Of a stretch of 64,000 nt of DNA, positions 54,986-64,000 are shown piece after piece. A program made the position numbers and the translations under genes. The notes under the pieces were generated by a model that saw nothing but the letters and a program-made list of their open reading frames with translations, was not told the DNA's origin and made no database searches. This DNA comes from Deltaproteobacteria bacterium (GTDB lineage: Bacteria > Myxococcota_A > UBA9160 > SZUA-336). Each line of letters opens with the position of its first letter. Within the stretch, counting starts at the first letter, position 1. The stretch covers positions 12,960-76,959 of the forward strand of contig VGRW01000008.1 in assembly GCA_016875225.1 (NCBI GenBank), in the 5' to 3' direction.

Positions 54986-57900
54986 GCGAACGCGCGACCC
55001 ACCGCTTCGGAAAATTCGTCGTGCGATTTCGCCACGCGATCGCCGCCGGGCTCGCGCTCGCGACGCTCTTCTTCCTGTACCCGACGGTGAACGCGATTTC
55101 GACCGGGCTCGGGCGACCGCTTCCCGGCCCCTCGGTGCGGATCGGCAGCGACGCGCGGGCGCAGCTTCCGGATCACGCCTTCATCCACGCGCAGAACAAG
55201 TTCGCGGGGGAGTTCGGAAACTCGACGCTGGTCGCGATCGCGGTGGTGGTGGAGCAGGGCACGATCTGGACGCCGGAGACGCTGGCGAAGATCGACGCGA
55301 TCACCAAGTCGCTCGACGGCTGGGACTACGACGCGCGCGCGGACGAGCGCAAGCACCTGCGCGCCGAGCTCGAGCGCGAGGGACGGCTCGGCCGCGACGA
55401 GATCCGCGCCGAGCTCGACCGGCGCTTCCCGCCCTATCCGGTGAACCACGACCACGTCCGCTCGATCACGCACCTGTCCTCGCGCGTGGTGCAGATGGAG
55501 AAGGACGGCACGATCACGGCCGAGCTCCTGATGGAGGATCCGCCCGAGACACAGGCAGAGGCAGACCTGATCCGCCGCCGCGCGCTCGAGCTGATGCCGG
55601 ACCAGATGCGCCAGATGCTCGTGTCGCGCGACGAGAAGGCGGCGCTGATCACGGCCGGCTTCGTCACGCACCGGCTGAATGGCCTCGAGGTCTACCGCGC
55701 GGTCTTCGACCACCTGCGCGCCATGCAGGAGCGGGAGCAGGACGCGCGGCACCGCGTCTACGTGACCGGCGCGCCGCTCGCGGTCGGCCATCTGCTCGCC
55801 CACGCCTGGCAGCTCGGGCTCTCGGTGGTGGGCGCGGTGCTGGCGATCTTCGCGCTGCTCTGGGCGTACTTCCGCCGCTGGCACGGCGTGCTGATCCCGA
55901 TGGTCGCGGCGGGAGTCACGGTGATCTGGGGCACCGGCTTCACCGGCTGGGCGGGGATCGCCTTCGACCCGCTGGTGATCGTGATCCCGATGCTGATCAC
56001 CGCGCGCGCGGTCTCGCACACGGTGCAGATGGCGGAGCGCTTCTTCGAGGACTACGAGCGTCTCTATCCGGTGTACGGCGACCGCGAGCGCGCCAGGCTC
56101 GAGGCGGCCGCGGTCGCGATGGGCGAGCTGGTCGTGCCGGGCACGCTCGGCATCCTCACCGACGTCGCGGGCCTGCTCGTGATCCTGGTGACCACGATCC
56201 CGCAGATGCGCGACCTTGGCATCTTCGGCGCGTTCTGGGTCGCATCGATCGTCGCGACGGTGGAGATCCTGCACCCGGTGCTGATCTGCTTCCTGCCCGC
56301 GCCGAAGGACTTCCACCACTACTCGCCGGCGCTGATGACCCGCTACGTCGGCTTCGTCGCCGACGTGGTCACGCACCCGCGCGGGCGCTGGGCGGTGACG
56401 GCGGCGTTCGCGGCGATCTTCCTCGTCTCGGGCTTCGCGACGCTGCGCTGGTCGACGATCGGCGAGGCTCGGCCCGGCGTGCCGCTGTTCTGGCCGGACC
56501 ACCCGTTCAACGTCGCGACCGGTGTGATCGGCGAGAAGTTCGGCGGCGCCGACGCGCTGGTGATCTACGCCGAGGGCGACCGCGACGAATCCGCGGGCGA
56601 GTCCGAGGTGCTGCGCAAGATGCAGGAGCTCGAGCGCGAGCTGCGCGCGAAGACCGGCGCGGTGGCGGTGATCTCGCCGGTCCCGCTGGTGCGCGCCGCG
56701 AACCGCTCGTTCCGCTACGGCGAGCCGAAGCAGGAGATCATTCCCGAGTCGGCGCGCGCGCTGCTGATCTTCCTGCGCTTCAACAGCCCGCCCGGCGCGC
56801 TCTCGTCGATCGTCACGAACGACGGGCGCGCCGCGACGCTCACGGCGATCTACCCCGATCACAAGGGCGAGACGATCCGCCGCGCGGTCGAGGTGTCGCA
56901 GGATTTCATCGCCAGGAATCCGATGGGCGCGATCTCGATCCGGCTGGCCGAGAACCACGGCACGCCGGAGCAGGCCTGGTGGCGGCCCGAACGCGTGAAG
57001 GACTTCGTCTACTACATGCTCGGGCCGCTCCTGCCGGCTCGCGCGCACACGCTGCGCGTGCTGCGCAAAGAAGACGGCGCCTACGTGCCGTTCGAGGTGA
57101 AGACCGTCGCGCGCGACGGCGCGCCGGAGTGGCTCGAGGAGTTCCGCGTGGCGGCGCTGGCGAAGTACGCCAAGGAGGCGAGCTCGCGTCGCCCGGGGCG
57201 CGTCTTCAACTGGCCCGAGCAGCTCGCGGACTGGCAGGCCTCGGACGTCGACCAATGGTTCGAGAACGACGAGCTGCGCATCCGCGCCGTCGCGGTGAAC
57301 ACGAAGGACCTGCTGGTTCAGGATCAGAAGTCGCAGGGCACGGCGCCGGTCTACCAGCCCACGCAGCAGTGGACGCGCGGCGTGCAGTTCGTGATGGCGG
57401 GCGGGCCGCTCGGAATGCTCGCGGCCGTGAACGACGAGGTCGAGCGCGGCCACCTCGCGAACATCTCGCTGATCCTCTTGGTGATCTTCGTGCTGCAAAA
57501 GGTGACGTACCGCTCCACGCTCTCGGGCGGGATCATCTTCCTGCAGCTCGCGACCGCGACGCTGCTCTCGCTCGCGTTCATGGCCGTGCGCGGCGTGGGC
57601 CTGAACATCAATACGCTTCCGGTGCAGGCGGTCGGCGTCGGGATCGGCGTGGACTACGCGATCTACATCGTCGACCGGATCCGCCAGGAGCTGCCGCGCG
57701 CCGCGGACCTGGAAGAGGCGATCCGCGCGGCGGTGCGCACGACCGGAATGGCGGTCACCTTCACGGGCACGACGGTGGTGGGCGGGATCGGCTTCTGGGT
57801 TCTCTCGGACCTGCGCTTCCAGGCCGAGATGGCGCAGCTTCTGATCGTGCTGATGGCGATCAACATGTTTGCGGCGGTCACGCTGGTGCCGGCGCTGTAT

Positions 57901-57990
57901 TCGATCCTGCGTCCGGGCGTGCCGCGAGCGCGGCGCGCGCCGGAGGCGAAATTGGAATCGGCCGCACCGGCCGAGGAGGAGGCGGCATGA
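54982..57990 (+). CDS. MMPL/RND-superfamily transporter
   Basis: 1002 aa. Two 6-TM bundles with large periplasmic loops, and sterol-sensing-domain-like TM regions (…[22 protein letters not shown]…, …[15 protein letters not shown]…). Confidence 0.85.
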   Translation: MSERATHRFGKFVVRFRHAIAAGLALATLFFLYPTVNAISTGLGRPLPGPSVRIGSDARAQLPDHAFIHAQNKFAGEFGNSTLVAIAVVVEQGTIWTPETLAKIDAITKSLDGWDYDARADERKHLRAELEREGRLGRDEIRAELDRRFPPYPVNHDHVRSITHLSSRVVQMEKDGTITAELLMEDPPETQAEADLIRRRALELMPDQMRQMLVSRDEKAALITAGFVTHRLNGLEVYRAVFDHLRAMQEREQDARHRVYVTGAPLAVGHLLAHAWQLGLSVVGAVLAIFALLWAYFRRWHGVLIPMVAAGVTVIWGTGFTGWAGIAFDPLVIVIPMLITARAVSHTVQMAERFFEDYERLYPVYGDRERARLEAAAVAMGELVVPGTLGILTDVAGLLVILVTTIPQMRDLGIFGAFWVASIVATVEILHPVLICFLPAPKDFHHYSPALMTRYVGFVADVVTHPRGRWAVTAAFAAIFLVSGFATLRWSTIGEARPGVPLFWPDHPFNVATGVIGEKFGGADALVIYAEGDRDESAGESEVLRKMQELERELRAKTGAVAVISPVPLVRAANRSFRYGEPKQEIIPESARALLIFLRFNSPPGALSSIVTNDGRAATLTAIYPDHKGETIRRAVEVSQDFIARNPMGAISIRLAENHGTPEQAWWRPERVKDFVYYMLGPLLPARAHTLRVLRKEDGAYVPFEVKTVARDGAPEWLEEFRVAALAKYAKEASSRRPGRVFNWPEQLADWQASDVDQWFENDELRIRAVAVNTKDLLVQDQKSQGTAPVYQPTQQWTRGVQFVMAGGPLGMLAAVNDEVERGHLANISLILLVIFVLQKVTYRSTLSGGIIFLQLATATLLSLAFMAVRGVGLNINTLPVQAVGVGIGVDYAIYIVDRIRQELPRAADLEEAIRAAVRTTGMAVTFTGTTVVGGIGFWVLSDLRFQAEMAQLLIVLMAINMFAAVTLVPALYSILRPGVPRARRAPEAKLESAAPAEEEAA

Positions 57991-58814
57991 GGCTCACGGG
58001 AAGGATCGCGATCGTGACCGGCGGCGCGCGCGGGATCGGGGCGGGCATCGCCCGCTGCCTGGCGGCCGAAGGAGCGAAGGTCGGAATCGTCGACATCGAC
58101 GGCGCGGAAGCGGAGAAGACCGCGGCGTCGCTCGGGGTCGCCGCGGTGGGTGTCGCCGCGGATGCCTCGGAGGTGGACGCGATCGCGGCGGCGACCGCGC
58201 GCATCCACGCCGAGCTCGGCGGTCTCGACATCTTCGTGAACAACGCGGGCGCGGGCACAGGCGTGATCCGGCCGGAGGAGATCCCGACCGGCCCGGGGCT
58301 CGAGAATCTGCCGCAGGTCTCGTGGGACTCGCAGCTCGCGAACAACCTGCGAACCACGTTCGCGGGCTGCCGCGCCGCGATCCCGCGCCTGCGCGCGCGC
58401 GGCGGCGGCGCGATCGTGAACATCGCCTCGATCGCGGGTCTGATGCCCTCTCCGCAGCTCGCAGCGTACGGTGCCGCGAAAGCGGGCGTGGTGCACCTGA
58501 CCAAGTCGCTCGCGCTGGAGCTCGGGCCGTCGAACATCCGCGTGAACGCGATCTGCCCGGGCTTCCTCTGGACGCGCGCCTGGGAGGGCCTGGCGACGAT
58601 GATGAAGCTCACGCGCGCGGAGCTCAGCGCGATGGAGCCACGCGAGATCTTCCTGGCCATGGTGAAGCAGGCCACGCCGCTCGGCCGCGAGCAGACGCCG
58701 GAGGACATCGGCAAGCTGGTCTGCTTCCTCGCCAGCGACGACGCGATCAACATCACCGGGCAGGAGATCAAGGTCGACGGCGGCATCACGCTGCGCACGG
58801 GCGCCGGCGTCTAG
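57987..58814 (+). CDS. SDR-family oxidoreductase
   Basis: [11 protein letters not shown](P)-binding motif, NNAG, catalytic YGAAK, C-terminal …[11 protein letters not shown]. Confidence 0.85.
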   Translation: MRLTGRIAIVTGGARGIGAGIARCLAAEGAKVGIVDIDGAEAEKTAASLGVAAVGVAADASEVDAIAAATARIHAELGGLDIFVNNAGAGTGVIRPEEIPTGPGLENLPQVSWDSQLANNLRTTFAGCRAAIPRLRARGGGAIVNIASIAGLMPSPQLAAYGAAKAGVVHLTKSLALELGPSNIRVNAICPGFLWTRAWEGLATMMKLTRAELSAMEPREIFLAMVKQATPLGREQTPEDIGKLVCFLASDDAINITGQEIKVDGGITLRTGAGV

Positions 58815-58880
58815 ACGCGCGAGCCCGACAACCCGCACCCCCGGCTGATACGATCGGCGCACGCGCCGAAGGAGACCCCG

Positions 58881-59666
58881 ATGAGCGAGCTGCTCTACGA
58901 GAAAGACGGACCGATCGCGACCCTGACCCTGAACCGCCCCGAGCGGATGAACACGATCTCGGGCCCGATGCTCGACGAGCTCTCCGCGCGGCTGCTCGAG
59001 GCCAACGCGGACCGCGACGTGCGCGTGATCGTCCTGACCGGCACGGGCCGCGCGTTCTGCGCGGGACTCGACCTGCAGGACGCATCGAGCGGCAAGGGGA
59101 TCGGCGGCGGCGGAGCGATGGGCTCGACGCTCGACCTGCGCAGCGCCCCGCCCACGGTGCTGCACGAGCTCGACACGCCCGTGATCTGCGCGCTGAACGG
59201 GGGCGCGGCGGGCTACGGAATGGACCTGGCGCTGGGCTGCGACATCCGCATCGCGAGCTCGCGCGCGAAGCTCGCCGCCGCGTTCACGCGCCGCGGCGTG
59301 CTGCCCGAGTCGGGCGGGACGTGGCTTCTGCCGCGGCTGGTCGGCTGGGCGAAGGCGTCGGAGATCATCTTCACCGGCCGCACGCTCGACGCAGATCAGT
59401 GTCTGGCGCTGGGGCTGGTGAACCAGGTCGTGCCCGAGGCGGAGCTCGCGCAGGCCACGCGCGCGCTCGCCAACGAGATCGCCTCGAACGCGCCGCTCGC
59501 CGTGCAGTCGGCCAAGCGCATGATGCGGATGGGCCTCTCGGAGCCGTTCGGCGAGCACGTGCACCACGTCTTCCTGCAGCTCCTGCCGCTGTTCCAGAGC
59601 CAGGACTTCCGCGAGGGCATGATGAGCTTCCTCGAGAAGCGCGAGCCGAAGTTCCACGGGAAGTAG
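58881..59666 (+). CDS. enoyl-CoA hydratase/isomerase
   Basis: …[13 protein letters not shown]…FCAGLDL…[22 protein letters not shown]…. Confidence 0.85.
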   Translation: MSELLYEKDGPIATLTLNRPERMNTISGPMLDELSARLLEANADRDVRVIVLTGTGRAFCAGLDLQDASSGKGIGGGGAMGSTLDLRSAPPTVLHELDTPVICALNGGAAGYGMDLALGCDIRIASSRAKLAAAFTRRGVLPESGGTWLLPRLVGWAKASEIIFTGRTLDADQCLALGLVNQVVPEAELAQATRALANEIASNAPLAVQSAKRMMRMGLSEPFGEHVHHVFLQLLPLFQSQDFREGMMSFLEKREPKFHGK

Positions 59667-59683
59667 CCGCGCGCGGATTCCGC

Positions 59684-60622
59684 ATGCCCCTCGACCCGCA
59701 AGCCAGGCGCGTGCTCGACGTGCTCACCGCCGTCGCGGCCCCGGACCCGTGGACCGTCGACCCCGCGGCGTTCCGCGCGCAGGTGCGCCAGATGCGCGTC
59801 GCCGCGCCGGCGGCGCCGATCGGCGGCGTCGCGGATCGCGAGATCCCCGGGCCCGGCGGGGCCGCGCTTCCGGTTCGGATCTACTCGCCGCTCGATCGCG
59901 AGGCCGGCGCGCTTCCCGTGCTGGCGTTCTTCCACGGCGGCGGCTTCGTGATCGGTGATCTCGACTCGCACGACGCGACCTGCCGGTCGCTCGCGAACGC
60001 CGCGCGCTGCGCGGTGGTGTCGGTGGACTACCGGCTCGCGCCCGAGGCGAAGTTCCCCGCCGCGGCCGAGGACTGCTTCGCCGCGACCTGCTGGATCGCC
60101 GAGAACGCCCGCGCGCTCGGCGTCGACGCAGGGCGCATCGCCGTCGGCGGCGACAGCGCGGGCGGAAACCTCGCGGCGGTGACCGCGCTGCTCGCGCGCG
60201 ACCGAGGCGGCCCGCGGCTCGCGCACCAGCTGCTCGTCTACCCGGTGATCGACTGCGCCTTCGACACGCGATCCTATCTCGAGAACGCCGAGGGCTACTT
60301 CCTGACCCGCGAGATGATGCGCTGGTTCTGGCACCACTACCTGGAGAAGCCCGAGCAGGCGGCCGACCCCTACGCATCGCCGATCCGCGCCGCGACACTC
60401 TCGGGTGTCGCGCCCGCGACCGTGATCACCGCCGAGTACGACCCGCTCCGGGACGAGGGCGAGGCCTATGCCGCGCGCCTCGCCGCGGCCGGGGTTCGCG
60501 CCTCGCTCACCCGCTACGGCGGCATGATCCACGGCTTCCTCGGCATGGGAAGCGCGATCGATCGGGGCCGCGCAGCTCTGCTGCAAGCCGCAGCCGAGCT
60601 GCGCGGCGCCTTCTCGCTCTAG
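59684..60622 (+). CDS. alpha/beta hydrolase fold-3 esterase/lipase (HSL family)
   Basis: HGGGF oxyanion motif, GDSAGG nucleophile elbow, C-terminal …HGF… His. Confidence 0.85.
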   Translation: MPLDPQARRVLDVLTAVAAPDPWTVDPAAFRAQVRQMRVAAPAAPIGGVADREIPGPGGAALPVRIYSPLDREAGALPVLAFFHGGGFVIGDLDSHDATCRSLANAARCAVVSVDYRLAPEAKFPAAAEDCFAATCWIAENARALGVDAGRIAVGGDSAGGNLAAVTALLARDRGGPRLAHQLLVYPVIDCAFDTRSYLENAEGYFLTREMMRWFWHHYLEKPEQAADPYASPIRAATLSGVAPATVITAEYDPLRDEGEAYAARLAAAGVRASLTRYGGMIHGFLGMGSAIDRGRAALLQAAAELRGAFSL

Positions 60623-60635
60623 CAGGCCGAGAGCG

Positions 60636-61175
60636 TCACTCCCGCGGGATCAGCGGCTGCACCACCTCGCAGAAGGCCTCGACGGGCTTCACCAGGATCT
60701 CGCCGGGGCCGCGGCTCGCGTGGCGCACGGTGAAGATCGGCTCGGGCTCGGCCGACGCCGCGAAGTTCGCGGGAATCCGGTCCGAGAACGGAATTTCCGG
60801 CGTGAACAGGATCGCGGTCACCTGTGTGGGCGAGAGCAGCGCGGTGAGGCGCACCTGGTCCACGCCGTTCAGCCAGTAGCAGTCGACCGTGCGCCCGCGG
60901 ACGTCGCCACCGGGGCTCTTCACCAGCTCGATGATCTGCATCACGCCCAGCCGCACGATGATGTCGACGGGCTGCTGCTTCGGCCACCAGCTCTGGTAGG
61001 GATCGAACCAGTGCCGGCCGATGTGCGCGCGCTCTTCGGCGTCGAGCGGCATCATGTCCGCGGCGACGTCGAGGACCTTCTCGCGCCAGGTCCCGTCGGC
61101 ATTCTTCGCCTTGAAGCGGTCGTAGAATTTCTCGCGCGTGGCGGCGGTGTTCAGCACCAGGTCGAGCTTGCGCAT
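60636..61175 (-). CDS. hypothetical protein
   Basis: Start at MRKLDLVLN, 5 nt after AAGGGGA. No recognisable motif. Confidence 0.45.
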   Translation of the reverse strand: MRKLDLVLNTAATREKFYDRFKAKNADGTWREKVLDVAADMMPLDAEERAHIGRHWFDPYQSWWPKQQPVDIIVRLGVMQIIELVKSPGGDVRGRTVDCYWLNGVDQVRLTALLSPTQVTAILFTPEIPFSDRIPANFAASAEPEPIFTVRHASRGPGEILVKPVEAFCEVVQPLIPRE

Positions 61176-61233
61176 GAAGCTCCCCTTCGAGACGTTGCCG
61201 ACGGTCGGTCCAGGCATCTTCGGGCTCTCCTAT

Positions 61234-63946
61234 CTAGGGTGGTAGGGATTCGGCCAACCCCCGGGCCTGTCTGGCCAGGGGGTGGAGCTCGCGGTCGCTC
61301 GCGATGGCCAGCGCTTCGCGAAGGTCTTCTCTCGCGCTCGCGGCGTCGCCGTCCGTTCCGCGACTGGCGCGAAGTCGCGCGCGTTCGAACAGGGCGAGCG
61401 CGAGCTCGACGGGCGCGGGGCCGGAACGCGACGCGGCGATCGAGCGCCCGTAGGCGAGCTCGGCCTCGTCGCTGCGCCCGGCCGCGGCCGCGCAGCCGGC
61501 GAGCAGCCTCGGGATCGACTGCACCCAGCCGGCCGTGAGAGCGACGCCGTTCGCCTCGGCGCGCTCGAGCGGCCGCTCGCACCCGGCGCTGAGCTCGGGC
61601 AGCCCGGCGCGGAGCGCGGCCTCGGTGAGCGCGCAGAGCGGAGCGAGCACGTGGATGTCGCCGCCCGCCGCGAGAACCAGCTTCAGAAGATTTCCCAGCC
61701 GCGGCCGATCGACCGACGCGGGGTCGCGAAGCGCGGCGATCAGCTCCCGGTACGCGGCGGCCACGACCTGCATCAGGGGCGCGGGCGCGTCGAAGATCGC
61801 GCCCGGCGTGACCAGCGCGGCGACGGCCAGCTCGGCCTCGTCGAAGGCGCCGCGCTGCGCAGCGGCGCACGCGCGCGCGCCGACGATCAGCGGCCCCCCC
61901 CCACGGATAGCGCGAGCGCTGCGTCGCGAGCAGCGCCGCGCGCGAGGTGCTCTCGAGCGCCGCGAAGTCCCCTCGCGCGAGGTTCAGGCAGGCCTGCTGC
62001 GAGAGCACCAGCGACAGGTCCATCAGGCTCTGCGCCCCGCGCGCGAGCCGCTCGGCCTCGTTTGCCGTCTCGGCCGCCTCGTCGACCCGCCCCAGGTGGA
62101 GCAGGCCCAGGGGAATTCGCGTGCAGGCGGCGCTGGCCAGCCACGTGTCGCGCGCGCGCCGGCCGCGGGCCAGCTCGTCGCGCCAGCCCTCGATCGCGTC
62201 GCGAACCTTCATCAGCGAGAAGCGCGCCAGCGCGAGCCCCATCGCCGCCTGGCGGCAGACCGCGTCGTCGTCGATCCGGGGCCCCATTCCGAGCGCGCGC
62301 TCTGCGTAGGCCTCGGCGCGCGCGGTGTCGCCGGCGGTCCAGCAGGCCTCGGACAGCGTCTCGAGGATCAGCGCGCCCAGCGCCGGCTGCGCGTCCGAGA
62401 GCTTCATGGCCAGCTCCATCAGCGCGCTCCGGTCGATCGGCTGCCCGTACGCCGCGCCGGCGCTGGTGATCTCGTCGCGGAGCAGGAGCATGCCCACGCG
62501 CGCGCGCCCGGCGTCGTCGCCGATCCGCGCGAAGAGCTCGGCGGACCTTTCGTAGTGCCGGCGGCAGGACTCGCGGTTGGCGTCGCGGTTTGCGGCGATT
62601 CCGGCTCGGAAGTGCAGCTCCGCGAGCTCCGCTGGAGTCTGCACGTCCGTCGCCCGGGTCGCGGCCTCGTAGAAGCGCGCGGCGTCGTGCCAGGCGCAGA
62701 TCGCGAAGGCCTGATCCGCGGCGCGGCGCGCGTAGTCGAGCAGGCGCTTCTGATCGACGCGGTCGCCGGCCAGGACCAGGTGGTGCGCGATCTCGAGCGC
62801 GTGCTCCCCGGTCGCGCTCGCGTACAGATCCTCGAGCACGTCCGCGAGCTCGCCGTGGATCTCGGCGCGCTCCGCCGCGGGCGTGGCGTCCAGCAGGACC
62901 TCGCGCACGAGCGGGTGCGCGAAGCGGTAGCTGCGGCGCTCGCCGGCGAGCAGTCCCGCTGCGACGGCTTCGGCCACCGAGGCCGCGATCGCGCCGTCGC
63001 TCATGCGACATGCGGCGCCCAGGGCGAGCAGGCCGAAGCGGTCGCCGATCAGCGCGGCGACGGTGAGGACCGACCGGGTTCGCACCCGCAGCCGGTCGAT
63101 CCGCGAGCCGAGCGCGGCGCCGAGCCTCGCGGGCACGGGAACCGTCGCTCGGGCCGCGCTCGCGCCGCCGCCTCGCCTGGCCGCGCGAGGCCTGCGGGGC
63201 CGCGGCGCGCCGTCGCGGATGAACTCGCGCACGAAGAGCGGATTCCCGCGCGTGGCCGTGGTGATCCGCCGGGCGGCCCTCGCAGGCAGAGCCGCGACGC
63301 CCAGACTCCCGGCCAGCTCGCGGACGTCGACGGCGTCGAGTCCCGAGAGGTCTCGCCGGTCGCAGATCGACTCGCGCTCCAGGTCCTCGACGGCTCGCGC
63401 GAGCCGGTCGTCCGATGCGGGAGGGCGCAGGGTCGCGACCACCAGGAGCGGAAGCGTGCCCTCGCTTCTGGAATCGGACATCGCGCCGACGAAGTGGCGC
63501 AGCAGGTCGAGCGACGCGGAGTCCGCGCAGTGCAGATCCTCGATCACCAGCGCGATCCGGCGCCGCAGCGCCAGCTTCTCGAAGACGCGGTAGATGGAGG
63601 AGAACAGCTCCGCGCGCTTGCGCTCGCCGCTCGCAATCTCCGTGTTCGGCAGCGGGCCGGCCATGCCGGCTTCGGGCTGCAGGAGCTGGCGAATCACGCC
63701 CGGCTCGTCGCCGAGCAGGGAGTCCAGGCTCTCGTCGTTCTGCAGCAGCCACTGCCGGAGCGCCTCGACGAAGGGCAGATAGGGCAGCGAAGCTTGAACC
63801 TGGCAGTGGCCGGTGACGACCTCGAAGTCCTCGCACTCCGGCTCGCGCTGGAGCTGCTCGACCAGGCTCGACTTGCCGATTCCCGCCTCGCCGACCACGA
63901 GCACGACGCGCGGTCGGCCCGCCGCGGCATCCGCGAGGCGCTCCAT
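61234..63946 (-). pseudogene. STAND-type AAA ATPase plus TPR/helical-repeat regulator, apparently frameshifted at a poly-G(9) tract
   Basis: N-terminal Walker A VVGEAGIGKSS. Walker B LVIEDLHCAD. Long alpha-helical repeat region. ORF 61151..63946 degenerates into Arg-rich nonsense right after the G9 run (plus-strand C9 at 61874..61882). ORF 61234..61773, in another frame, continues with plausible helical-repeat sequence. Confidence 0.5.
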
Positions 63947-64000
63947 CAGCCAGGCGAGCTCGTGAGCGCGGCCGACGAAAACTGGGGGCTCGGGGTGATC

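Noticed and set aside
57869-59683. Upstream part of the 917-aa ORF containing the esterase gene
   Set aside because: Overlaps the SDR and hydratase genes in other frames. Arg-rich. The esterase starts at MPLDPQ (59684).

Overview
This is a high-GC (roughly 70%) bacterial chromosomal window. Gene content (OmpA-C lipoprotein, beta-barrel outer-membrane protein, aat, truD, lipoprotein multihaem cytochromes) suggests a Gram-negative organism, possibly a delta-proteobacterial or myxobacterial-like or uncultivated high-GC lineage. No rRNA, tRNA, CRISPR array or obvious mobile element was found. Coding density is high, with many 4-nt ATGA/GTGA start-stop overlaps. Many long arginine-rich ORFs in the six-frame track are GC-driven shadow frames.

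Recognisable content:
- LysR regulator, divergent from folB-gor.
- Outer-membrane barrel, znuABC zinc importer and aat.
- ppk1 with an unusual SixA-Ppx/GppA fusion.
- truD.
- Cupin, conserved hypothetical, ADP-ribosylglycohydrolase and Cys-phosphatase cluster.
- PHP lipoprotein and two tandem kinase-like proteins.
- Pentahaem cytochrome c, cytochrome b and roughly 13-haem cytochrome c operon, followed by an AI-2E transporter.

Most striking is a large lipid/steroid-type catabolic gene set:
- CYP450 and enoyl-CoA hydratases.
- A catalytic plus non-catalytic ACAD pair.
- Cys-less SCP-x/Ltp2-like thiolase, a second thiolase and two DUF35 OB-fold proteins.
- Two acyl-CoA synthetases, three LLM flavin/F420 oxidoreductases, an MMPL/RND transporter, an SDR and esterases.

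At least five intergenic 14-bp palindromes matching the mycobacterial KstR operator pattern TnnAACnnGTTnnA (T[AG]GAAC..GTT[CT][CT]A) sit directly upstream of these operons. This points to a KstR-type TetR regulon outside its classical actinobacterial context. The regulator gene itself is not in the window.

Other notable signals:
- An RBS-sequestering hairpin at the fadE start.
- 13-bp terminal inverted repeats bracketing one convergent intergenic region.
- A poly-G(9) frameshift splitting a STAND ATPase/TPR regulator.
- An (AAG)6 tract encoding K6 in a small secreted Cys-motif protein.
- A probable SDR C-terminal gene remnant.
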